NCBI GenBank assembly: GCA_964484505.1
Contig: CAZAFB010000001.1
Span: 9,974 to 73,973, forward strand
Length of the DNA stretch: 64,000 nucleotides
DNA from: an uncultured Bdellovibrionales bacterium
GTDB taxonomy: Bacteria > Patescibacteriota > Minisyncoccia > Moranbacterales > GWC2-37-73
Direction: 5' to 3'
Shown here: piece by piece, positions 1 to 7,486 of the stretch
How the letters are laid out: each line of letters begins with the position of its first letter
Numbering within the stretch: the first letter of the stretch is position 1
Program-made: the position numbers and the translations under genes
Notes under the pieces: generated by a model
Seen by the model: the letters and a program-made list of their open reading frames with translations, nothing else
Told to the model about the DNA's origin: nothing
Databases searched by the model: none

Positions 1-1
1 G

Positions 2-229
2 CAATATTCCATTGAAGAGACACAGGTTGATTCGCCATATAATACTTATCGCAACAAAGGATTACCTCCTGGACCTATCAATAGTCCGGGAATTTCGGCA
101 ATCAGCGCAGCATTATATCCTCAACAAAGTGACTATCTTTTTTTCTTGAGCAACAAAAAAACCGGCAAAACCGTTTTTTCCAAGACATTTGAAGAGCATG
201 TGGCGAATAAGGAAAAGAATGGTTTATAG
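2..229 (+). CDS. mltG: Endolytic murein transglycosylase MltG/YceG, C-terminal fragment (gene starts upstream of the window)
   Basis: Frame 2 reads ...SPYNTYRNKGLPPGPINSPGISAISAALYP..., the conserved MltG C-terminal motif. Stop TAG at 227-229. Confidence 0.6.
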   Translation, partial: QYSIEETQVDSPYNTYRNKGLPPGPINSPGISAISAALYPQQSDYLFFLSNKKTGKTVFSKTFEEHVANKEKNGL

Positions 230-320
230 ATATTGACATGTTTTGTAAATAAGCTACAATGTAGTCACTATGCAAAAGCAAGCCATCAAAAATTATACCT
301 GTTTCTTTTTTTGGTTTACC

Positions 321-341
321 GGCCGAGGTCGGCTTGTTTTT
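321..341 (+). terminator. Short GC hairpin (GCCG-AGGT-CGGC) followed by a T-run
   Basis: Stem 322-325 pairs with 330-333; followed by ttgttttt. Confidence 0.35.
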
Positions 342-387
342 GCGAATAAACTGTAGATAGAAGTCTTCAATTGTTCGTAAAAATAAT

Positions 388-415
388 CCCGACCTCGGTC
401 GGGATTATTTGTTTA
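388..415. terminator. Rho-independent terminator, usable on both strands
   Basis: cccgac-ctcg-gtcggg hairpin at 388-403, with T-rich flanks on both sides. Confidence 0.5.
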
Positions 416-472
416 TGGGCGGATTTTTTAGGTCTTTAAAAACTTCAAACGTTAGAAATACAAGGAGGGAAT

Positions 473-787
473 ATGGAAAAAAATGAAATTTTCATGGAGT
501 TAAGGGGCAGTAATTGCGTGGATTGTCAAATTATAATCCAGGGAAAAGAAGATACTTTGGGTGCCGCACTTTGTGGAAAATTTTATGCCGAACTTCTCCA
601 GGGCAAGGCCTTTTTGGGGTTTGAAAATGGTATGATTATTTTCGCGGCAGAGAATATCTCATGCAAGTTTCCGATTGAAGAAACCAAAAAAGAATCAGTT
701 AAAAAATTGATAGAGTATGGAAGATTCAGACTGGAACCTATTATGGACGGTTTTAATTCCGGCTTCAGTTTATCTCGGGACTTTTGA
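473..787 (+). CDS. Hypothetical small protein
   Basis: 104-aa ORF with an AGGAGG Shine-Dalgarno sequence (463-468), 4 nt upstream of its ATG. A hairpin plus T-run follows at about 806-841. Confidence 0.5.
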   Translation: MEKNEIFMELRGSNCVDCQIIIQGKEDTLGAALCGKFYAELLQGKAFLGFENGMIIFAAENISCKFPIEETKKESVKKLIEYGRFRLEPIMDGFNSGFSLSRDF

Positions 788-885
788 GGAAAGACAGCTT
801 AAATAAAGAGGGTTGTAAAAACGTACAATCCTCTTTTTTCTTTGACTGATGTGTGGTATTATTAACGAGTAATTTGTTTTACAAG

Positions 886-898
886 GACATCAAATGTC
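886..898. promoter_or_regulatory. Palindrome GACAT-CAA-ATGTC upstream of porG (candidate operator)
   Basis: Perfect 5+5 inverted repeat about 60 bp upstream of the porG start. The same motif recurs at 4104, 4128 and 48741. Confidence 0.4.
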
Positions 899-952
899 TG
901 GTCTGGTAGTTTTTTTCGTACATTCGTACTAATTCGTAGTTCGTAGAAACTT

Positions 953-1528
953 ATGAAGTTTAACAAAAACACATTTGAAATAATATTTTTTGCACGCGGT
1001 GGGCAGGGAGCAAAAACCGCTTCCGAGCTTGTGGCGCATGCTGCAGTAAGGGAGGGAAAATATGTGAAAGCGTTTCCGTTTTTTGGACCGGAAAGAAGCG
1101 GCGCGCCGACCAAGATGTTTTTGCGCGTGAGCGACGAGCCGATTAGGACGCAAGAACCGGTAGTTGATCCGGACGTAGTTGTGGTGCTTGATGAGACTGT
1201 TATGGAAAATAATGAAGAGATAACCAAAAATCTTGACAGGAATGAATCATTGATTGTTAATTCGACGATCTCGGAAAACGAAATTCGCAAGGTTGTGCCG
1301 CATTTTCAAGGAAAAATACATGCTGTTGATGCGACACATATCGCGCTCAACGTTACCGGAGCGCCTAATCCCAATATGGCTCTGGTGGGCAAGCTTTTGG
1401 CGGTAAGCGGTATAGTTTCTCTGGACAGCGCGGCGGAAATTTTTCGGGCGGTGTTTACGGAAAAAATCGGCAAGGAGCTTACGGAAAAAAATATTGCCGC
1501 TATGCAGGCAGGATACGATGATTTATAA
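953..1528 (+). CDS. porG: 2-oxoacid (pyruvate/ketoisovalerate):ferredoxin oxidoreductase, gamma subunit
   Basis: N-terminus FARGGQGAKTASELVAHAA...FFGPERSGAP is typical of the Por/Vor gamma subunit. First gene of a gamma-delta-alpha-beta operon. Confidence 0.8.
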   Translation: MKFNKNTFEIIFFARGGQGAKTASELVAHAAVREGKYVKAFPFFGPERSGAPTKMFLRVSDEPIRTQEPVVDPDVVVVLDETVMENNEEITKNLDRNESLIVNSTISENEIRKVVPHFQGKIHAVDATHIALNVTGAPNPNMALVGKLLAVSGIVSLDSAAEIFRAVFTEKIGKELTEKNIAAMQAGYDDL

Positions 1529-1619
1529 TCACGAATCGACACTAATATTATCGCGAATTATAACGAATATTCGAGATTATTCGAGAACAAATTCGAGTAG
1601 ATTAGCGATTTAAATTCTC

Positions 1620-1910
1620 ATGGAGAAAGGAGCTATCATCAAACACGATATCAAAAACGCGCCGAAAACTGGCAGTTGGCGATATATGAAACCGGAAGTC
1701 GACGCTACCAAATGCATCGGCTGCGAAACATGCGTGAAACATTGTCCGGAGGCTTGCATGGAGATGAAGAGAAGAACCAAAAGACAAATGGACATTGCAC
1801 CCCAAATTGCCAAAGGGAAAGAAATTGCGAAAATTGATTTTGAATATTGCAAGGGCTGTGGAGTTTGTGCGCAAGTCTGCCCAGTCAAAGCGATTGGCAT
1901 GCAAAAGTAA
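1620..1910 (+). CDS. porD: 2-oxoacid:ferredoxin oxidoreductase, delta subunit (2x[4Fe-4S] ferredoxin)
   Basis: Two CxxCxxCxxxCP motifs (CIGCETCVKHCP and CKGCGVCAQVCP) in a 96-aa protein. Confidence 0.8.
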   Translation: MEKGAIIKHDIKNAPKTGSWRYMKPEVDATKCIGCETCVKHCPEACMEMKRRTKRQMDIAPQIAKGKEIAKIDFEYCKGCGVCAQVCPVKAIGMQK

Positions 1911-1932
1911 AAATAAGACAAATAGGACAAAT

Positions 1933-3102
1933 ATGACTGATAAAAAAACAAAAAATGTAAAAGCAATGACTGGTGGATATGCTGTTGCGGAAGCGCTGCA
2001 GCAAATTAATCCTGATGTGATGGCAGTTTATCCGATTACGCCGCAAACGCCGATTATTGAGACCTTTGCCAAGATGCGCGCAGATGGTTTGGCAGATACT
2101 GAAATAATTCAAGTCGAATCAGAGCATAGTGCCATGAGTGCCACGATTGGTGCAAGCGCAACTGGCGCAAGAGCTGTGACCGCGACGAGTTCGCAAGGGT
2201 TGATGTATATGGCGGAAATGCTACCGATTGCAAGCGGACTTCGTCTGCCTATTTTGATGTGCATGAGTTCGCGCGCGCTAAGTGCGCCGCTGAATATTCA
2301 CGGAGAGCATGGCGATGTGATGGCGGCAAGGGATTTTGGCTGGATCCAACTTTTTGCCGAAGATGCGCAAGAAGCATATGACAACACGCTGATTGGTCTC
2401 AAACTAGCGGAATCTATGGGTTTACCGGTAATGTCTATCATGGATGGTTTTCACACATCACACACGACCGAAAGAATCGAAATTTGTAATGATGAAATAG
2501 CGAAAGAATTTATCGGAAAATATGAGCCGGAACAATGTTTGTCCAATCAAAAAGATCCGGTAAGTTTCGGAGCGCTTTCTTTGCAAAACACCTATTTTGA
2601 ATTCAGGCTTGATCAACAAAAGGCCATGGAAAAAGTACCGTCAGTATATAAAAAAATTTGCAAGGAATATGCAAAGATTTCCGGACGCAAATATGATCTT
2701 TTCGATTCCTACAAGCTCGATGATGCCAAATATGCGATCGTGATGATGGGGGCAACGACCGGTACTGCCAAAGAAGCGATCGATAAGCTGCATGCCCAGG
2801 GTAAGAAAGTGGGCTTGCTTAGCATTAAGTTATATCGACCATTTCCATATGTTGAAGTAGGTCGCGAATTGGGACACATCAAAAGAATCGCCGTTCTTGA
2901 TCGTGCGATTTCTTTCGGTGCGTATCCACCACTGTATCAGGACGTGTCCAACGCGCTCTATCACACCGCCAGCGGTAAGCACGAAATCGCCAGCTATATC
3001 TATGGCCTCGGCGGCCGCGATACGATGCAATCGCACATCGTGAAAGTTTTTGAGGATTTGATGGCAAGGGAAATTTCTAGCAAAGTTAAGTATCTTAAGT
3101 AA
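1933..3102 (+). CDS. porA: 2-oxoacid:ferredoxin oxidoreductase, alpha subunit
   Basis: MTGGYAVAEAL...YPITPQT alpha-subunit signature. Start placed at ATG 1933 just after the porD stop; the 1795 start in the ORF track would overlap porD. Confidence 0.8.
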   Translation: MTDKKTKNVKAMTGGYAVAEALQQINPDVMAVYPITPQTPIIETFAKMRADGLADTEIIQVESEHSAMSATIGASATGARAVTATSSQGLMYMAEMLPIASGLRLPILMCMSSRALSAPLNIHGEHGDVMAARDFGWIQLFAEDAQEAYDNTLIGLKLAESMGLPVMSIMDGFHTSHTTERIEICNDEIAKEFIGKYEPEQCLSNQKDPVSFGALSLQNTYFEFRLDQQKAMEKVPSVYKKICKEYAKISGRKYDLFDSYKLDDAKYAIVMMGATTGTAKEAIDKLHAQGKKVGLLSIKLYRPFPYVEVGRELGHIKRIAVLDRAISFGAYPPLYQDVSNALYHTASGKHEIASYIYGLGGRDTMQSHIVKVFEDLMAREISSKVKYLK

Positions 3103-3116
3103 CTTAATTCTCTTAT

Positions 3117-4025
3117 ATGAATAAGGATTTGACAAAAAAATTATCAACTGGGCATGCGACTTGTGCGGGGTGTGGGATTCCTGCTATTGTGCGCACGGTT
3201 TTGGGTGCGACTGATGAGCCGGTAATCATTTCCAATGCGACCGGATGTTTGGAGGTGACGACGACGATCTATCCCAACACTGCTTGGAAAGTGCCATATA
3301 TTCACAGCGCGTTTGGTAACGCGGCTGCGACTGCGGCTGGGATTGATGCTGCACAAAAGGCATTGGAGAAAAGTGGACGCATAAAAAAGAAAGCGAAAAT
3401 TATCGCTTTCGGTGGTGATGGGGGAACATATGACATCGGCCTGCAAGCTCTCAGTGGCGCGCTGGAGCGTGGCCATGACTTTTTGTATGTTTGTTATGAT
3501 AATGAAGGATATATGAATACCGGAGGGCAAAGAAGTGGTGGCACGCCTTATGGGGCCAACAGTGAAACTGCGCCAGTTGGCAAAGAATCATTCGGCAAGA
3601 TGCAGCAGCGAAAGGATCTCATGGAAATCGTTAACGCTCATCATGTCAAATATCTCGCGCAGGCTAATGTGGCATATCTTGCTGACCTTAAGAAAAAAGC
3701 CGAAAAAGCTTTGAATACTCCCGGGCCGTCATTTTTGTTAGTGCTTCAACCATGCACAAATCAGTGGAAATTTCCGACGTCGGAATATGTCGCAATCGGC
3801 AAATTGGCGACGGAAACGAATTTTTGGCCGCTCTATGAAATTGAGGATGGAAAATATACGATTAATTACACTCCCAAAGATCGCAAGCCAATTGAAGAAT
3901 TTCTCAAAACCCAAGGTCGTTTCAAGCATCTTCTGAAGCCGCAAAACAAGGAGGTTGTGGAAAATATGCAAAAGGAAGTGGATGAGGGATGGGAAGGGTT
4001 GCGAAAGAAGGCAGAACGTTTATAA
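3117..4025 (+). CDS. porB: 2-oxoacid:ferredoxin oxidoreductase, beta subunit (TPP-binding)
   Basis: CAGCG...GGDGG..YDNEGYMNTGGQ is the TPP-binding beta-subunit signature. Confidence 0.8.
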   Translation: MNKDLTKKLSTGHATCAGCGIPAIVRTVLGATDEPVIISNATGCLEVTTTIYPNTAWKVPYIHSAFGNAAATAAGIDAAQKALEKSGRIKKKAKIIAFGGDGGTYDIGLQALSGALERGHDFLYVCYDNEGYMNTGGQRSGGTPYGANSETAPVGKESFGKMQQRKDLMEIVNAHHVKYLAQANVAYLADLKKKAEKALNTPGPSFLLVLQPCTNQWKFPTSEYVAIGKLATETNFWPLYEIEDGKYTINYTPKDRKPIEEFLKTQGRFKHLLKPQNKEVVENMQKEVDEGWEGLRKKAERL

Positions 4026-4037
4026 CGTTTGTAAGGT

Positions 4038-4064
4038 TCATAACGTTCATAACGTTCATAACGT
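4038..4064. repeat. Tandem 9-mer (ttcataacg) x3, flanked by gtaagg/taagg
   Basis: Three perfect tandem copies directly after the porB stop. They produce the spurious VHNVHNVHNV ORF in the track. Confidence 0.7.
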
Positions 4065-4103
4065 AAGGCTTAAACATTATGAAGAAATGTACTTGCTCGA
4101 AAA

Positions 4104-4140
4104 GACATTTGATGTCCTTTCATGCAAGACATCAAATGTC
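4104..4140. promoter_or_regulatory. Two inverted copies of GACAT-N3-ATGTC separated by 11 nt
   Basis: 13-bp sites at 4104-4116 and 4128-4140 are exact reverse complements, making a 13-bp stem with an 11-nt loop. The structure overlaps the ATG of the DUF1653 gene. Confidence 0.45.
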
Positions 4141-4369
4141 CAACGATATGCAAAGAGAATCTCTAAAGTTAGGGCTTTATGAACATTATAAGGGCAAGCA
4201 ATATGAAGTGATTGGAGTGGGGAAACATAGTGAGACACTCGATGAAATTGTAGTTTATAGGGCTCTGGATGGTGAAAAAGAACTTTGGATTAGGCCTCTT
4301 TCGATGTTTTTGGAAGAAGTTGAAATCGATGGCATAAAAAAACCGAGATTCAGATATCTCGGGAAATAA
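4136..4369 (+). CDS. DUF1653 domain protein
   Basis: LYEHYKGKQYEVIGVGKHSETLDEIVVYRALDGEKELWIRPLSMFLEEV matches the DUF1653 consensus. Start is ambiguous (4079, 4136 or 4148). Confidence 0.6.
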   Translation: MSNDMQRESLKLGLYEHYKGKQYEVIGVGKHSETLDEIVVYRALDGEKELWIRPLSMFLEEVEIDGIKKPRFRYLGK

Positions 4370-4375
4370 ATCGGA

Positions 4376-4628
4376 GCCACCTGCCAGGATTGAACCCCGG
4401 TATCAGAAAATACATTTCGCTACGGGGCAAGCTGATGACCTACGTTTACCCCGCACCATTTCGTTTTTACAAAGTGAGCCGATGACCGGGATTGAACCGG
4501 TGACCTACGCGTTACGAGTGCGTCGCTCTACCAACTGAGCTACATCGGCATAATGTGAAATGGTGCGGGGCGTGCGAGTGCGTCGCTCGGACCCTGTCCG
4601 CCTCTGGCGGAAACTGAGCTAAGGTGGC
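4376..4628 (-). other. Split tRNA-Thr-like shell enclosing tRNA-Thr: tRNA-like 5' half (4575-4628), 14-bp inverted repeats (4557-4570 and 4449-4462), tRNA-like 3' half with T-arm and acceptor (4376-4448)
   Basis: On the minus strand GCCACCTTAGCTCAG...GAGCGACGCACTCG (5' half) and ...GGGGTTCAATCCTGGCAGGTGGCT (3' half) have a complementary 7/7 acceptor (GCCACCT/AGGTGGC). The 5' half duplicates tRNA-Thr up to anticodon position 35. It does not fold as a canonical tRNA. Confidence 0.35.
4477..4548 (-). tRNA. tRNA-Thr (anticodon CGT), no encoded CCA
   Basis: Hand-folded cloverleaf: GCCGATG-TA-GCTC-AGTTGGTA-GAGC-G-ACGCA-CTCGTAA-CGCGT-AGGTC-ACCGG-TTCAATC-CCGGT-CATCGGC-T. Confidence 0.8.
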
Positions 4629-4845
4629 AACTGAAAACTAGTATATCAACCATTGTATTTTATGGCAAGATTTTCCCTTAACGTAAAATGAAATTGGTTT
4701 TGTGCATTTGTATATTTGTATTAATTCGCCCGCCTGCTTCGAAATTTGGCTATGTACCTACTAATTTTTAAACTAACTATCTTAATTATCTCCTCGGTAA
4801 AGCAAACAATGAAGCATTTCGGGCAGGTAATTTGTAGAGAAAATC

Positions 4846-5364
4846 ATGAAAACTTTTATTTGTGAGATTTGTGGTGATGCTTACTTGGGTGCTGAAAAGC
4901 CAAAAAACTGTCCTTTTTGCGGGGCGCGGGCGCCTTTTATCAAACTGGGAAGCGAAGCTAGCCCAGTGGTTAACGTGAAAGAAGAGTTGAATGAACAAAC
5001 AATCAAAAATCTTCAAGAAACGCTTGATTTGGAAATGCGTGCCAATGCGATTTATAAATGCATGGCTGGAAAAGCTTTGACTTTGGAAATCAACAAAATG
5101 TATAAACGCTTGGCTAAGGTGGAATTGGAACACGCGGTTATCTGTACTAAATTATTAGGAATCGAAATGCCTCCGGTTGGCAATGAACTTTGTAGCGATC
5201 AGGACATTGAAAATTTTCAAAAAACAATTGAATTGGAAGAGCATGCATCCGGACTTTATGCCGATTTTGCTAAACAGGCGACGGAGCGTCACATAAAAAT
5301 AATGTTTACGGCGCTGAATCAAGTGGAAAAAGATCATATTGAACTCGTTAAAAATTATCTTTAA
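4846..5364 (+). CDS. Rubrerythrin-family protein with N-terminal rubredoxin-like Cys4 (reverse rubrerythrin arrangement)
   Basis: N-terminal CEICG...CPFCG, then the ferritin-like diiron ligands E...E, ELEH, ELEEH and EKDH. Confidence 0.7.
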   Translation: MKTFICEICGDAYLGAEKPKNCPFCGARAPFIKLGSEASPVVNVKEELNEQTIKNLQETLDLEMRANAIYKCMAGKALTLEINKMYKRLAKVELEHAVICTKLLGIEMPPVGNELCSDQDIENFQKTIELEEHASGLYADFAKQATERHIKIMFTALNQVEKDHIELVKNYL

Positions 5365-5405
5365 GTAGACGAATTTTTACTGATTATTAAGGGAAAGTCA
5401 CGAAG

Positions 5406-5419
5406 CACGAATATTCGTG
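5406..5419. promoter_or_regulatory. Perfect 14-bp palindrome CACGAATATTCGTG upstream of the ZIP transporter gene (candidate metalloregulator operator)
   Basis: 7-7 inverted repeat about 45 bp upstream of the ZIP start. The core CGAATATTCG also occurs at 1564-1573 between porG and porD. Confidence 0.35.
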
Positions 5420-5462
5420 ATTAGTGCAAATTAGTTTTTAATTCGTGTCCATTTGTGTTTAT

Positions 5463-6209
5463 ATGCAAATCTGGCTTTACATCTTAATAAGCGTTATTAT
5501 CGTTAGCGCGGTTTCATTGATTGGCGTTTTTACTTTGGCAATGAACGATAAGTTTTTAAATAAGGCAATGCTTTTTTTGGTCAGTTTTGCGGCTGGAACA
5601 CTCTTGGGAGATGCTCTAATCCATCTGTTGCCGGAAGCATATTCCTCGGGAAATGTCTTTACTTCGGCATATGTGCTTTTGGGGATAATTTTCTTTTTTG
5701 CTCTTGAAAAAATAATCAAATGGCGGCATTGCCATGAAGCTGGGTGTCCAGAACATTCCCATGTTTTGCCGTACGTCATACTTATCGGGGATGGACTGCA
5801 CAATTTTATCGATGGTATGATTATTGCAGCTAGTTTTTTGGTTAACGTTCCAGTGGGAATAGCTACGACAATTGCAGTTATTTTTCACGAAATCCCTCAA
5901 GAAATAGGAGATTTTGGTTCCTTGGTTTATGGCGGATTTAGTAAAAAGAAAGCGCTAATATATAATTTTTTGAGTGCGCTAACCGCCGTTTTGGGTGCCA
6001 TAACTGTACTTGTGCTGAGCTCGAGAGTTTCTGGAATTGAAGTTTTTTTGGTACCGTTTGCCGCCGGAGGCTTTATATATATAGCAGCGGCCGATATCAT
6101 TCCGGAGCTTCACAGACACAAAACTCAAACCTTCAAGTCATCGATATTTCAAACCAGCAGCATCGCCCTTGGTATGATCATAATGTATAGCCTACTTTTC
6201 TTCGAATAG
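5463..6209 (+). CDS. ZIP-family divalent metal transporter (ZupT-like)
   Basis: HEIPQEIGDFGSL ZIP signature, multiple TM helices and an HxHxH loop. The track's 5445 start is a GTG; ATG 5463 is preferred. Confidence 0.7.
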   Translation: MQIWLYILISVIIVSAVSLIGVFTLAMNDKFLNKAMLFLVSFAAGTLLGDALIHLLPEAYSSGNVFTSAYVLLGIIFFFALEKIIKWRHCHEAGCPEHSHVLPYVILIGDGLHNFIDGMIIAASFLVNVPVGIATTIAVIFHEIPQEIGDFGSLVYGGFSKKKALIYNFLSALTAVLGAITVLVLSSRVSGIEVFLVPFAAGGFIYIAAADIIPELHRHKTQTFKSSIFQTSSIALGMIIMYSLLFFE

Positions 6210-6243
6210 AAAATATGTTAGAGTATTAGCTGAAATAATAAAT

Positions 6244-7357
6244 ATGGAAATGAAGGAAATATTGGAAAAACTGGAAGTTTTAGCCTATAAAATCCCGCTT
6301 TTGCGGGACTATCTTTGACGTTCCTCAAAAGGCTCGGAAAATCGCCGAGTTAAGTCAAAAAAGTTCAGAAGAAGGATTTTGGGATGATGCCCAAGGTGCT
6401 GCGGTGATTTTAAAAGAACTCGAATCTTTGCGCAGTGAAGTTGCGCGCGTTGAAGAAACGGAGAAAAAGATAAAGGAACTTCAAGAACTCATTGAAATCA
6501 TGGAAGATGCTTCTTTGGATGAGCGAACAGATATTGAAAAGCAATGCGCAGAGTTGGAAAAGGAAGTCCATGAAATGGAATTTTGCGCACTTTTGGGTGG
6601 GGAATATGATCGTAGTGACGTTATTATGGCAATTCACGCCGGTGCAGGCGGGGTGGATGCACAAGACTGGGCCGAAATGCTTATGCGCATGTATTTGCGC
6701 TGGGCTGAGAAGAAAAATTTTGTTGCCAAAGTTGTTGAAGAATCGCGCGGAGGGGAAGCGGGCATAAAAAGCGTGACGATTGAAATTGAGGGTGCCTACG
6801 CCTATGGATATCTCAAAAGTGAGGCTGGCGTACACCGCTTGGTGCGACTTTCACCGTTCAACTCTGACAATCTGCGCCAAACCTCGTTTGCTTTGGTAGA
6901 AATACTACCGGTGATTGGTGAAATAGCTGATGTGACAATTGAAGCTAAAGATCTCAAGATTGATACTTATCGTGCTTCTGGAGCCGGCGGACAGCACGTC
7001 AATACTACTGATAGTGCAGTGCGTATCACTCACTTGCCGACAAATATCGTGGTTACATGTCAGAGCGAAAGATCACAGACTCAAAACAGGGAACGTGCAA
7101 TGAAAGTTTTGAAGGCGCGTTTGCACCAAAGATATTTGGAAGAGAAAGAACAAGAGCAGAAAAAATTGCGTGGGGAATTTCAAAGCGCCGAATGGGGCAG
7201 TCAGATCCGTTCCTATGTGGTTCATCCCTATAAAATGGTCAAAGATCATAGGACTAAACACGAAACGAGCGACGCGGAAAAAGTTCTGGAAGGGAACTTG
7301 GATGAGTTTATGGAGAGTTATTTGAAATGGAAAGCTGGCAGTTCGCCAGAGAATTAA
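6244..7357 (+). CDS. prfB: Peptide chain release factor 2 with programmed +1 frameshift (frame 0 6244-6315, shift at CUU UGA C, frame +1 6317-7357)
   Basis: SPF and GGQ motifs. The upstream 24-codon ORF MEMKEILEKLEVLAYKIPLLRDYL ends at CTT TGA C (6313-6319). An SD-like GGGA lies 3 nt before the shift site. Confidence 0.8.
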
Positions 7358-7486
7358 GATTGTGATATAATAAAAAGTGTAATGCTAATTCTCGCGAATA
7401 AATGCTAATCCGCTGATTGCGAATGATGCAAATATCTTTGATTGGTGGAAATTCGTCTTTTAATTCGTGTCTATTAGAGACCAAAT

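Noticed and set aside
1795-1932. Track start of the porA ORF at 1795, which overlaps porD
   Set aside because: This is the in-frame 5' extension through the end of porD. The real start is ATG 1933, 22 nt after the porD stop, with a weak AGGA upstream.
3955-4182. 75-aa ORF containing VHNVHNVHNV
   Set aside because: An artefact of translating the ttcataacg x3 tandem repeat and the palindrome region. No RBS, and repeat-driven composition.
4373-4465. Whether this region is a second, independent long-variable-arm tRNA
   Set aside because: It has a good T-loop (GGTTCAATCC) and a 3' acceptor strand, but no matching 5' acceptor strand within 95 nt. The complementary strand is about 240 nt away beyond tRNA-Thr, so it does not fold as a standalone tRNA.
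4786-5133. Minus-strand 115-aa ORF
   Set aside because: Antisense to the well-supported rubrerythrin gene, with no RBS.
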